Assembly (NCBI RefSeq): GCF_963921235.1
Contig: NC_086109.1
Span: forward strand, 20,152,001 to 20,216,000
Direction of reading: 5' to 3'
Source of the DNA: Mobula hypostoma
Taxonomy: Eukaryota
DNA length: 64,000 nucleotides
Shown here: positions 1 to 12,167 of the stretch, piece by piece
Position numbering within the stretch: the first letter of the stretch is position 1
Layout of the letters: each line of letters opens with the position of its first letter
Made by a program: the position numbers and the translations under genes
The notes under the pieces: generated by a model
The model's input: the letters and a program-made list of their open reading frames with translations, nothing else
Databases searched by the model: none
What the model was told of the DNA's origin: nothing

Positions 1-323
1 TGGATCCTCGACTACCTAATCGGAAGACCACAGTCTGTGCAGATTGGAAATTACATCATCACTTCACTGACAATCACCATTGGCGCACCACAGGGACGTG
101 TGTTTAGCCCACTGCTCTACTCTCTCTACACCCATGACTATGTGGCTAGGTACAGCTCAAATGCCATCTATAAATTTGCTGATGATACAAGTATTGTTGG
201 CGGAATTTCAGATGGTGACGCTATATTTATTTATCATGTAATTCATTGTACTGCTGCTGAAAAGTTAACAGATTTCACAACATATGCCGGTGATATTAAA
301 CCTGATTCTGATTCTGATTCTGA
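1..323 (+). mobile_element. Rex1/Babar-clade LINE reverse transcriptase fragment with internal deletion and 3' tail
   Basis: Translates to GAPQGRVFSPLLYSLYTHD...IYKFADDT (RT motifs), jumps at ~219 to the family 3' UTR and ends in (GATTCT)n. Confidence 0.85.
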
Positions 324-872
324 TGGGGAGAGGGGAAAAGACAGAATGTCCAGGGTGAGTGGTGTCTTTGATTATGCTGGCTGACTTAATGAAGCTGCAA
401 AAAACATAGACAGAGTCCATAGAAGAGAAGCTGGTTCCTATGATGTGTTGACCTACAGCCACCACCCTGCAGTTTCGTGCGGTCACATGCAGAGCCGTTG
501 CCATACTAAGCCATAATGCATCCAGACAAAATGCTGATATCTGTCGCCAAACAACTGATATTAGAGTGTACAATCATCACAGCAATATTTGATTCTGTGC
601 TTCGCGCTCCCTGGAGTACAAATCGATAGTAAATAGTAAAGATTTAAATTATAAATTATAAATAGAAAATAGAAAAGGGTAAGTAAGGTAGTGCAAAAAA
701 ACCAAGAGGCAGGTCTGGATATTTGGAGGGTACGGGCCAGATCCGGGTCAGGATCCGTTCAGCAGTCTTATCACAGTTGGAAAGAAGCTGTTCCCAAATC
801 TGGCCGTATGAGTCTTCAAGCTCCTGAGCCTTTTCCCAGAGCGAAGAGGGATGAAAAGTGTGTTGGCTGGGT
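324..872 (-). mobile_element. Two Rex1/Babar LINE 3' fragments
   Basis: Minus strand gives ...ASIIKDTTHPGHSVFSPLP and ...RLRSLKTHTARFGNSFFPTVIRLLN, typical Rex/Babar C-termini. Confidence 0.7.
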
Positions 873-1420
873 ATGGTATTTCTATAATATTTCTACGGTA
901 TTTTTATGGTATTTCTAATCATTTCTATGGTACATTGATTTTTAAAAAATGGTTAGAGTTGATGGGGGCATGCCAAATTTAGCCTCCTGAAGAAGTAGAG
1001 GTATGAGCGAGCTTTCTTGGCCATGCCATAATGACATAAATGAGGTTGGGCCAGGACCTCATTTATACTGTGATGTTCACACCTAGGAACTGGTTGGCTA
1101 CACCCAGCACATCCTTGGGTTGTGTTGGTTATTAACGCGAGCGATACATTGCGCTGTATGTAGGTTTCAGATGAATCAGAACTTGAAACTCCCAGCTCTC
1201 CCAAGCTCAACATGTAGATCAGTCTAGGTGTGATGGGATAGAATAGATATTCTCAAATCACAATGCCTTGCTCTTAGACACTCAGAATGCTTTGGAAAGC
1301 CACACCAGTGGACCAACAGAAGTTTGTTCAACAACATCTTAACATATCTTTGACTAATTTTGAGCACCTTCCATTTCTTTTAGCCACCATACTCAAGTTG
1401 AACCTTGTAGGCATTTAGTA

Positions 1421-1977
1421 CAGACATGGTCCTGTGGTCCACAACAGCCAACCTGGCATATGTTGTGGAATTGACAGTACCATGGGAAGATGGTGTCGAA
1501 GAAGCTTATGAGAGGAAAAAGACCAAGTACTCTGAACTGGCAACTGAAGCTGCCCAGAATGGCTGGAAGACCAAGATTTTCCCTGTAGAAGTGGGATGCA
1601 GGGGATTCGTTGCTACATTTACGACCAGTCTATCGAAGAAGATGGGGGTGAGGGTCACTCCCTCCAACAAGCAATCAAGTCCTTGTCAAATGCAGCAGAA
1701 GAAAACAGCAATTGGATTTGGATTAAAAGGAAAGACAACAACTGGGCTGCAAGATGAAGACAGGAGGGTATGGAACTGAGGGGGGTGTATCTGGGACACC
1801 AGGTAGCACCATTGAGCCCTCTGGAGACGTCATGGGCTTATCAACGAAATGTCAAAGAAGGAGGGTGCCCACCTGATGACTCTGATGACATACCTACCCT
1901 CCCTCCTTGCCACCACTCCAAGCCCACTGCCAACATCAAGAGTGCCAACTTACCATAGGGATTGTAACATCATGTCC
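1421..1977 (+). mobile_element. 5'-truncated HERO/NeSL-type (R2 superfamily) non-LTR retrotransposon: REL endonuclease plus 3' UTR
   Basis: DMVLWS...VVELTVPWEDGVEEAYERKKTKY...FPVEVGCRGF. After a frameshift near 1650 it continues ...SNWIWIKRKDNNWAAR* (TGA 1755-1757). Homologous to 24110-24436 at protein level. Confidence 0.88.
1826..1888 (+). ncRNA. Putative non-circularly permuted hammerhead ribozyme in HERO 3' UTR
   Basis: gacg-TC-atgggc-ttatca-ac-GAAA-tgtc...gcccac-CTGATGA-ctc-tgatga; stems III, I and II can all pair. Confidence 0.6.
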
Positions 1978-3099
1978 TAGTAGCTCTACTGGGAATTGAA
2001 CTTCCTATCTTGCTACTCCTATTTACATTTTGACTAATCTTCCAATCTACCTAATTTAATATTTTCTCTTATCTATCAGAGATCACTCTCACTAATGTAA
2101 AGTGTCTTAACATATTACACTGTGTTACAGGTGTTTTGTGGATTGTGTCTTTGTACCATCTGTTGGGATTGTTTAATGCGACAATATGTATTTATCCTGT
2201 GTTATATTGTGCTGGAATTGCTTGATGAGACAAGAGTGGAGGTACTCAAATGATAATGTGACTTTAATGAGGAACAAAAACATCTCGAGAGGCATTATCA
2301 AAGAACAATCTGCCCTTTTTCTTTCCCTGGGAGGAACTCTTCTTGCCTGGTACTCAAAGAACCACAGTGTGCATAGTTGTGTTTCTCATCCATCTTTGAT
2401 GTTAACAAAGAGTCTTGATGGCAATAAGCTTAGACAGCAACAAAAAATACTCTATTTCTCAGAACTGATATTCCCCGTTTTACAGACTGCAGAGTAAGTA
2501 CACCTGAGAAAGGAAGCCAGTGTGCTGAGTTCAGGCCTTTTTCACAGCTGGACTAAATGGGAAGTGTTTTGCAGAGAAGCAACCCATCTGCAGAAGCTCA
2601 TGTCAGGACCCTTTTTGAGGAAGTGTTCCACATCCTGGACTCTTTTATTTTCGAATTTTGTCCATATCCTCACTTTGCATGTCATATGGGATTACTTCTT
2701 TGGCTTCCGGCCAGCTTTCCATTATTTTGTCAATAAGCGTATCCAAACAAAGTCACTGAGAATCATTGGGGAACTTGTCATTGGACACCCAAATGAAAGT
2801 TGACTTCAAATGAAATTTAATCATGCATCCACTTTCTAACAGTAATTACTGCAATGTATTTTCCAGGACCATCTGAGGCTGATTATATTCCCTTTCTCTT
2901 GCCTCATTCGCTGAAGACAATAGCAGTTCATAACTGCTGCTCTGCCTATGTAACCAGCTAAGCCATGGGATGCATAGCTGGAACTCAACAAGGCCTTTTG
3001 ACATAATCTCCCAAATTCACACCCTCTACCATGCAGAAGGACAAGGACAGCACATTTTACTGCTAATGAGTTCTCTATCAAACGGCAGCCCAAGGTGGA

Positions 3100-3656
3100 C
3101 ATATACTTAGTGGCCACTTAGCTAATAAAGTGGCCACTGAGTATATGTTCATGGTCTTCTGCTGCCGTAGCCTAAACCACTTCGAGGTTTGAGAAGTTGT
3201 GCATTCAGAGATGCTCTTCTGAACACCCATGTTGTAACACGTGGTTATTTGAGCTACTGTCACTTTCCTGTCAACTTGAACTAGTCTCCACTGACCCCTC
3301 TCATTAAAAGGCATTTTCAACCCACAGAGCTGCTGCTCACTGGATTTTTTTTTTTTTTGCTGTTCACTTCATTCTCTGTAAGCTCTAGAGACTGTCGTGC
3401 GGGAAAACTTCAAGAGATCGGCAGTTTCTGATATACCCAAATCACCCTTCTGGCACCAACAGTCACTCCATGGTCAAAGTCACTTCGATCGCAGTCCTTC
3501 CCCATTCCGATGTTTAGTCTGAACAACAACTGAATCTCTTGACCACGTCTGCTTGGTTTTATGCATTGAGTTGCTGTCAATTGATTGGCTGATTAGATAA
3601 TTGTATTAACGAGCAGGTGGACTGGTGTCCCTCACAAAGCGGCTACTGATTGTACA
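3100..3656 (-). mobile_element. Tc1/mariner-derived non-autonomous DNA transposon
   Basis: Minus strand encodes Tc1 HTH-like RLVQVDRKVTVAQITTCYN..QKSISECTT; CAGTGGCCACTTTATTAG-type TIRs; related copies at 8392-8482, 12168-12420 and 59978-60497. Confidence 0.75.
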
Positions 3657-4116
3657 TCAGACATTCCTTCATCATGGTTGGGTCAAAGTACTAGAACTTC
3701 CTACTAAAGAGTGTTAAATGATTATGTTTATGTTTACCAAATGAACTGTAGGGGATCAAGAAGGATGTCTAATACATTTGTCTCAAGAGGTATTGGGAAA
3801 TGGAAAACTAATAATGTCTCCAAATTGGGAAAGACGTTAATAAATGCTTCACTGACATACAGAGGGATTCCTAAATTGCCCAAACCTAAAATGCTCAAGG
3901 TTTTATTCTGGACTAGTTCTGCATTGTTGAGGAGGTAAAATTAGTTGGATTGTCCCTCCTGATTATTATGACTGACAGATGTCAGTAGAAGGGCAGGACA
4001 CAGCAGTAATTTTCAAAGCTTCCACATTTAGAAAAGCAACTTCAGACACAGACAATGTGGGAATCCATGTCTTCGCAAAAGCGGGAAAGAGCAGAAGACT
4101 TTACGTAAATGGATTT

Positions 4117-4540
4117 CGGGGTGCCATGGTAACGTAGCAGTTAGTGCGATGCTAACACAAATCGGCGTGTCAGAGACTGGAGGTTAATTTTGCTGTCCTC
4201 TGTGAGACATTTGTACCTCCTTCTTGTGAGAACGTAGGTGTTCTGGTTTCCTCCCACTGTCAAAAGGCTTACTGGGTCAAAGGGTTAAAATACATCTCTT
4301 ATCAAAGTATGTATGCAGTATACAACCATGAGATTTGTCCTCCCCACAAACATCCACAAAACAAAGAAAACCATAAAACCTGTTCAAAGAAAAACATCAA
4401 CCCACACCCCTCATCCCACGTACCAGTCAGTAGGTTAATTGGTCTTTGTGAATTGTCTGGTGATTAGGCTAGCGTTAGACAGGTGCATTGCTCAGCAGCG
4501 CAGAAGGACCTGTTCCATGCCCTATCTCTAAATAAATAAA
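4117..4540 (+). mobile_element. V-SINE (HE1-like) tRNA-derived SINE, interrupted at ~4280-4415 by a LINE-tail fragment
   Basis: Degenerate tRNA head plus V-core GGTTTCCTCCCAC; many related copies in the window. Confidence 0.6.
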
Positions 4541-5496
4541 TATGTGAAAATTTGTACTTATCGGAGTTTAGCCTCATCACACTGCACCAACATTAGAATA
4601 TAATTTGTAGGGACAAACTGAAACTGTTTCACATTTATGTAAGCTGTGAATAACAGCATAACACTTCTGGGAAACTGCTGAAGTCCATTAAATTCAAGGA
4701 TCACCCAACTGTGATCTAAAATTCCATGAAGACATCAGAATATATCAACAGATACGTTTTTGTAAAACTAATTTTCAATAAATACCCAAGGGAATATCAT
4801 AGTGCAATCTAAGACCAGGAATTTAATTCACTTTCTTAGGTCTTCCATGCAGAAAAAATAGCATTTGTTCCCAGGTAGTTCGTGCTAGCAATCATGCTCA
4901 TTGATAAAATGCAGCAACACTTCACTGTTTAATTCATCTCAGCACGAATGACCTTCTCTCAGTTTCATTCTTGCACTTGGTGACAATAGATGTAACACAA
5001 CAGCTGTTTCCCCCATTGCTGACAGAAATCCGAAATGCAACCTTTTAACCACCTTGAGTAGAATCACAGAGCCTTACAGGACATAAAACAAGCCCTTTGG
5101 CCCAACTCACGCATGCTAACCAAGTTGTCTAACTGAGCTGCTCCCATCTGCGTGTATTTGGCCCATATCCCTCCAAATCATTCCCATTTACATCAGTAAA
5201 AACTAACCAGACCATGTAGGAATGGGCAACGAGATGTACATGAAAGTATGTGCACCGAGGCATTAATATCTTGCACACAGCATCTCTCAGCCTTCGTTTT
5301 CAACGCTTAGTATTCTGGAATTTATATCACTGGTCACAGACCTTCTTTCAAATAACGTCCTTGTGATATGTTTGGATCACTGGCCATGTGATCAGCCTAC
5401 ACTCTTGAAGTGACCCAGTGCATTCACAGGACAAGGGATTGATCATCTCCTGTATAGAACCCATGCATATGGATGACTGACATGTTTCATCTTCAG

Positions 5497-5635
5497 ATCT
5501 GCCTTCACCCCAGTGGAGGACCTTCTGCTGCCCTGCTGTGGCTGCCTCAGAGTGCTTTCAAAAAACCTTCCCAATGATCACCATGGCAATGACACAGCAG
5601 TTGCAAACTCTTCATGCAACATCTGCTAAGAACAG
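5497..5635 (+). other. Candidate exon in non-repeat DNA, gene unidentified
   Basis: Branch-like ctgac and tttcatcttcAG acceptor; CAG|GTAGGT donor; one open frame with a Kozak-like accATGG (MAMTQQLQTLHATSAKN). Confidence 0.3.
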
Positions 5636-6067
5636 GTAGGTCCCTTTTAATGCAAAATCCTGTGTGAGGAATTCTATAGCATTGCTTTAACTGTACTTAG
5701 GTGGAAGGTGCATGGGACTGCCTGGAGCTATTTCACCTGAAAATATTATAAGGAAAATCTACCTTGGGCAAAACTGATTTTAAGTGCTTTTTTTGTGCGT
5801 GAAACCAGAAAACAAATGAGTTCTGTTTCTAATCATAGAATGTATCAATATATTTCTTTGGATATTTTCTGAATCTGACTATCATGAAGGGGCTGTGTTA
5901 TTTCCATTGGCATGTTCTGATGTTTTCACAGAAAGTACCATTTCAGATCATATTTGGTTGATCTTCATTAAATTCATCAGTTTCCTAGTAATGTTAGGCT
6001 GTTAAGTGTAGCTCTGTTAATGTGAAACACTTTCACTATCAAATTGACCATGACTATAGAATGTAGT

Positions 6068-6555
6068 CAACAGGAATTCTGCAGATGCTGGAAATTCAAG
6101 CAACATACATCAAAGTTGCTGGTGAACGCAGCAGAACATTGACTTCTCTAACTTCCGCTAGGCCCCACCTCCCCCTCGTACCACATCTGTTACTCTTTTT
6201 AATGCACACATTCTTTCTCTCACTCTCCTTTTTCTCCCTCTGTCCCTCTGAATATACCTCTTGCCCATCCTCTGGGTCACCCCCCCCCATCTTTCTTCCC
6301 TGACCTCCTGTCCCATGATCCTCTCGTATCCCCTTCTGCCTATCACCTGTCCAGCTCTCGGCTCCATCCCTCCCCCTCCTGTCTTCTCCTATCATTTTGC
6401 ATCTCCCCCTCCCCCTCCAGCTTTCAAATCCCTTACTCACTCTTTCTTCAGTTAGTCCTGACGAAGGGTCTCGGCCTGAAACGTCGACTGCGCTTCTTCC
6501 TATAGATGCTGCCTGGCCTGCTGCGTTCACCAGCAACTTTGATGTATGTTGGTTG
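6068..6555 (+). mobile_element. Penelope-like element fragment with inverted 3' end and 13-bp TSD
   Basis: Left arm (6068-6133) is the reverse complement of the element 3' end; TSD tatagaatgtagt at 6055-6067 and 6556-6568. Confidence 0.85.
6454..6489 (+). ncRNA. Minimal type I hammerhead ribozyme motif of PLE
   Basis: agtc-CTGACGA-agggtctcggcct-GAAA-CG-TC-gact; stem I agtc/gact, palindromic ACGT in place of stem III. Confidence 0.75.
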
Positions 6556-6642
6556 TATAGAATGTAGTGTTGCTTCAAAGTAGTGAATCTGAACCCTGAT
6601 AGGTACTGAAGTTAATATACTAGAAATGTTTTCCATTCTATT

Positions 6643-6678
6643 TTACAGTATAGAAACAGATCTGTTTCTATACTGTAA
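6643..6678. repeat. Perfect 36-bp palindrome with no spacer
   Basis: ttacagtatagaaacaga|tctgtttctatactgtaa. Confidence 0.95.
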
Positions 6679-6987
6679 GAGATCACGTTGACCACTAAGC
6701 CCCGATAAACTACAATCCTGTACTAATTCCATTCTGTTCTCCTCACAGTTATCTACCTATCCATCTATTTATCTGTTTACCTGTAATGTCTATTTACTTA
6801 TCTGTTTGCTTATTTATTTATCTATCTTTCTTTCTAACCATCTGTCTATCTACTTATTCATTTTTCATATGTGCATCAAAATATCCAGGGAATTACATGG
6901 TTTATGTTAACAACCAACGCAACCTATGGATGTCCCGCAAGTTCCGTCTGCTCCCCCAGTTCCTACTGCTCACCTGCTCCAGTCCCG

Positions 6988-7190
6988 ACCGGTGGTGTAG
7001 TGGCATCAGCAATGGACACTGAGGTGAGTTGTCCCTCCTGGGTTCAAATCCAGCCGGCTCTTTGCACGCCTTCCATCTGTGCTGAGTTAAGCATTGAGCA
7101 ACTTGGCCTCGTAAAAATAAAATGGAGAAAACGCTAAAGAAATGATAAGGTTGCCACCCGATGCGCCACAAGCCAAGGAGAGAAAGAGCA
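6988..7190 (+). mobile_element. tRNA-derived SINE
   Basis: A box tggtgtagtgg and B box ggttcaaatcc, followed by a non-tRNA body. Confidence 0.55.
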
Positions 7191-7802
7191 ATTTAAACTC
7201 AAGCAGTATTCTCCTAATCACTCACTCGGGGCAACTTAGAGTGGCCAGTTAATCTCCTGATCCACATGTCGCCGAGATGCAGGAGGACACCGCACCCGGA
7301 GGGATTCTATGCGTTCACAGGGAGAAGGAGGAAACTTTACCCCGGCTGTGCTGGAGGGTGATTAGCAGAAAGCTGGGTCACTCCAGCTAGGAGGTACCAC
7401 CTCTCTGCACGACCTTCTTATGCAGTAAGGCCGGGCCTTACTCAGCATACATTTAGCAAACTAAAAGAATTTGGTCAACTACAAATTCTTGGTAGTAGAC
7501 TTTTCCAAACTCATTATTATTGGGCTCAGGGTAACACAAATCCTAATGATGACCTGGTAACCCTACAATAATTAATTAAATCTGTACTACAGTTTTTGAG
7601 GCATGGTAGGGGAGATGAGTTGTTGCCTTGCTCCTGCTTATGTGTGGGAGGGAGAGCTGGGGGGGGGGCTTTGGGGTTCCAACGTTTAACTGTCATTCAT
7701 TCCTTGGGACACTCCTCTGCTTTCATGGATGTTTGCAAAGAAAAAGAATTTCAGGATGTATATCGCATACATTTCTCTGACATGAAATTCACCTACTGAA
7801 CC

Positions 7803-8375
7803 TATTAAATTGTACAAGACTCTGGTGAGGCCTAACTTGGGGTACTGTGTGCAGTTTTGATCACCTACCTCTGGGAAAGAGGTAAATAAGCTTGAAAGAG
7901 TATAGAGAAAATTTACAAGGATGTTGCTAGGACGTAAGGGCCTGAGTTACAGGGAAAGATTGAACTTTATTCCCTAGAACGGAGAAGATGAGGGGAGATT
8001 TGACAGAGGTATGCAAAATTATCAGGGCTGTTGATAAGGTAAATTCAAGCAGGTGGTTTCCACTGAGGCAGGGTGAGACTACAGCTAGATGTCATGTGCT
8101 AAGTGTGAAAGGTGAAAAGTTTAAGGGAACATGAGGGAGAATTCCTTCAGTCAGAGGCTGGTAAGAGTGTGGAACGTGCTGCCAGAGCAAGTGGTGATTG
8201 CTGGGTCGATTTCAAAATTTAAGTCAAATTTGGATAGGTACATGGATGAAAGGGGTATGGAGGGTTAAGGTCCGTGTTCAGTTCAATGGTTCTAGGCAGA
8301 CTAATGGTATGGCACAGACTAGATGGGCCAAAGGGCCTGTTTCTGTGCTGTACTGCCACATGACTTTATGACTAT
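7803..8375 (+). mobile_element. CR1 LINE 3' fragment
   Basis: LYKTLVRPNLGYCVQF...LERV...RGDL motifs; CR1 tail ggactagatgggcc..ggcctgtttctgtgctgt plus short tandem tail. Confidence 0.85.
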
Positions 8376-9166
8376 GTCAGCCTTGAAGTAGATGAGCACA
8401 GCAGCAGAAGACCACGAACATACTCTCAGTAGCCATATCATTAGGTACAGGAGTTACCCAGTAACGTGGCCACTGAATGTATCCTTATTTAGTCGGAAAG
8501 TAAAATGTGTTAAGGGAGTCTTTTGTTCCGGAAATATTTTAGCTAAAGGCTAACTCAGTGACAGAGAGCTACATTTTAATATGCAGTATTTGACTATTTT
8601 ACTAAGGATGGCGAAATTTATATTCCAATGTGATGTTAAGCTAAGTTTCCTTTTGTAACATTTTTATCTACAGGACACAACTACGCTCTGAGAGGTCTGC
8701 TGAAGTATTTTGTGTTGAATGGGTAAAAGGAAACAAGCTGGCAAACATTCACTGGATGTTTCTGCTGCTGAACTTTGCATGAATTAATTTGAACGAGCTT
8801 TGCCTCCATGGCAGAGGCACAGTTAACTGACAGCTCTCTAGGCCAACCCCACACAGAGCGGAGGAGTTAGAGGTCATAGAGCAAAATTTCGTGTCTTACA
8901 AAATTATGAAAGAGTCACATGCTCAAGCTCCTTTGGGCTGAAGCAGAACAAGGCCAAGGCTGATAATGAAAGTACAAATGATCAGATTTCAGCTTAAGCC
9001 TGACTATGAAGAAAACAATGTACAATTTAGCTCAGGGGCTTTTGGGCATTGAATGACACATTTGTTACTTCTTTAATACTGAGAAATTGCATGAAATGAA
9101 TTTCTATGAAATTTGTAGTTAAAAAGGTCCCTTTTATTCTCCAGCAACACAAAACTACCAAGCCTT

Positions 9167-10235
9167 CATATCACAAACAAGAGGAGATCTGCAGATGCTG
9201 GAAATCCAAGCAACACTCAGAAAATGCTGGAGGGGCTTCCTCCATCATCAACACTGCCCTCAACTGCATCTCCTCCATTTCGCACACGTCTGCCCTCATG
9301 CCATCCTCCCAGCGCCCCACCAGGGATACGGTTCCTCTTGTCCTCACCTACCATCCCACCACCCTCCGTGGTCCAGCACATAATTCTCCATAACTTCCGC
9401 CATCTCCAACGAAATCCCACCACCAAACACATCTTTCCCTCCCTTTCACTTTCTACTTTCTATAGGCATCACTCCCTATGCGACTCTCTTGTCCATTCAT
9501 CCCTCCCCACTGATCTCCCTCCTGGCACTTACCCTTGCAAGTGGAACATATGCTACACCTGCCCCTACGCCTCCTCCCTCACCACCCTTCAGGGCCCCAA
9601 ACAGTACTTCCAGTTGAGGTGATACTTCACCTGTGAATCTGTTGGGGTCGTCTATCGTATCTGGTTGTCCCAGTGTGGCCTCCTGTATATCGGTGAGAAT
9701 TGACGTAGATTGGGAGACCACTTCGCCAAGTTCCATCCGTCAAAAAAAGCGGGATCTCTCAGTGATCACCCATTTTAATTCCACTTCCCATTCCCATTCC
9801 ACCATGCCCATCCATGGCCTCCTCTACTGTTGTGATGAAGCCACACTCAGGCCTGTGTAGCCTCTAACCTGATGGCATTGACACTGATTTCTCAAACTTC
9901 CGGTAATGCCCCCCCTTGTCTATTCCTTTTCCCTTTCTCACCTTAATTCCTTACCTGCCCATCGCTTCCCTGTGGTGCGCCTCCCCACTTTTCCTTTCTT
10001 CCATGGCCTTCTGACCTCTCCTATTACATTCCCCCTTCACCAGCCTTGTAACTCTATCACCAATCAACTTCCCAACTCTTTCCTTCACCCTTCTCCCACC
10101 CCTCCCGGTCTCACCTGTCAGCTTGTGTTCCCCCCCCCCACCCTCTAATACTGACTCCTCATCTTTTTCAGTCCCGCAGTCCTGCTGAAGGGTCCTGGCC
10201 CGAAATGTCAACTGAATTCCTTTCTATAGATGCTG
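9167..10235 (+). mobile_element. Penelope-like element: GIY-YIG endonuclease region plus pLTR, inverted 5' arm, 9-bp TSD
   Basis: VPLVLTYHP, CxxxxCYTCP and FTCES.GVVY.IW..CGLLYIGE (GIY-YIG); decayed hammerhead at 10177-10214; TSD ccaagcctt at 9158-9166 and 10236-10244. Confidence 0.85.
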
Positions 10236-10794
10236 CCAAGCCTTGGCATTAAATGGCATTTCCATTACTGTGACTCCTACCAAATGAAACATAATGGAGT
10301 ATTTTTAAATATTCTATTTTGATATTCTGAATAGGAAAGATAATTTCCTGAAATAATTTCTGACTGATCAGCAATTCCTTCCTTTAAACCTTGTGCTTCC
10401 AGCTTACACAGTTTCTTTCTTAAAATCTCCTCTTTTCTGTAGGTAAATTCAAATTTTTATTGGCCTTCATTTTACACCTCCTCCAAAGCTGTCTAGTGCT
10501 GTTTCCTAATCCCATTACTAAACTCCTTCATCAAGTTTCTCTGTCCTTCCTCTAATTTTATCTCTTTTGCCCTCCCCCATATAGCCTTCTCTTTTTTTGC
10601 AATCTAACATTTTCCAGTTCTAGAGGGATTCACTGACAGGAATCAGTGTGTTTCTCTCCCCAAACCTGCTACCTAACCTTCTGAGTATTTCCAACAATTT
10701 CTGCTTTATTAAAGATAACTTCTTTATTGTGCACTTGATGACGGAAGGTGTGCAACACAAATTATTGTGCAGAGATGAACAATAATCTCTGCTT

Positions 10795-11360
10795 GGAGTG
10801 GCACAGTAAGGTTTTATGGTGCCTGTGATCAGGGTTCAATTCCTGTCACTGTATGCAAAGAATTAGTACGTTCTCAACGTGACTGTGTGGGTTTCCTTTG
10901 AGTGCTCTGGTTTCCTCCTACATTCCAAAGATGCACAGGTTAGCAATGCCCACACAATGCTGGAGGAACTCAGCAGGCCGAGAAAATTGTATAGTCAACA
11001 TTTTGGGCAGAGCCCCTTCATCAAGACTGGAGGGAAAAAGATGTGGCGCCAGAGTAAGAAGGTAGGGGGAGGGAAGCAAAAAGAAAAAAAAGGTGATAGG
11101 TGAAACTGGGAGGTAGTGGAGGGGTGAAGTAAAGAGCTGGGAAGTTGATTGGTGGAAGAGATATAGGGCTGGAAAAGGAGGGATCTGACAGGAGAGGACA
11201 GAACAGATTAGCATGTGTTAGTAAGTTTTGGGCATACTATATTGGCACTGGAAACATGGCAACATTTCTGGGCTGCCCCCAGCTCATTCTCAGACTGTTG
11301 GGTGTTGATGCAAATTAACAAAATTAATTTATGTTTTCATGTTTTGATGTACATATAACA
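10795..11360 (+). mobile_element. V-SINE split by a minus-strand PLE end (~10945-11205)
   Basis: B box ggttcaattcc and V-core; the insert carries cacaatgctggaggaactcagcaggcc. Confidence 0.65.
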
Positions 11361-11364
11361 ACTG

Positions 11365-11565
11365 AATGGGTAGCCTAACAGGACGTGGCAAGTTAATGGT
11401 GGCGGGGGGCTATATAAGCACGAGCATTCCCAGAGAGAAACATCAACAACTGCACACTAAGGAGGTCACCTCGACTGGTGATGAAATGCCTGCAAGCTTA
11501 ATTGCCAAGTCGAGCAAACACTGCAACGTCAAACGCTTCAACCCGAGCTCCCAATATTCACCACC
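11365..11565 (+). mobile_element. Second PLE-family pLTR remnant with decayed hammerhead
   Basis: TATA (gctatataag ~11410), then tgcaca-CTAAGGA-ggtcacc tcgact ggtgat-GAAA-tgcc-tgca (11451-11494). Confidence 0.5.
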
Positions 11566-12167
11566 ATCCTAAATAAAACAAGCCTTGACTGAGAGAACTA
11601 AAGGAATGAATTTTTCCCCACAGTGGGTGGCTGAGAATTCTGAGCCAGTGAACATCACGTCTGCCACATGTACTGACAGCATTATACAGATCCGTGAGGT
11701 TGGATGATGCTGAGGAAGATACGAGATTCCACAGAGAAATTGCTTGGTAAAACAAAAGCAATATTATTCCAGAGGTTTGTACACAGAATCTATTCTGGAA
11801 CCAAAAAATCTAGAATATATGGCCATAAGGCACCTAGAACCTATTTACCATGTACTAAACCATGGCTAAACTTGTGCGTTAATTCCACTTCAGTAACCAA
11901 ATGTATTGTTTCTTACCTCAGCTTTGAATGTACTTAACAATCATGGTAACCAGTACCAGTAGATGCAATCTTTTGAACTTACTTTATAATGCTTGCTCTC
12001 TCATCCGAAGACTGGTTCTAGATTCTCCAGCTGAAACAAACAACTTTTTTGGCAACTACCTTGTCAGATCTATCATTCTAGTGAGAATAGGCCAATTGTC
12101 CACAGAGGACAATCTCCTCAACCTAAGAATCAATGTAATCTATCAACTCTCCATTAGTTTCAAGGCA

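Noticed and set aside
2470..2499. Micro-exon ttttacAG-actgcaga-GTAAGT (and a 14-nt one at 51988-52001)
   Set aside because: Lengths of 8 and 14 nt break frame and there is no other support
10410..10448. Recursive splice site (pyrimidine tract-AG|GTAAAT)
   Set aside because: Imperfect donor, no host gene established, and expected by chance in 64 kb
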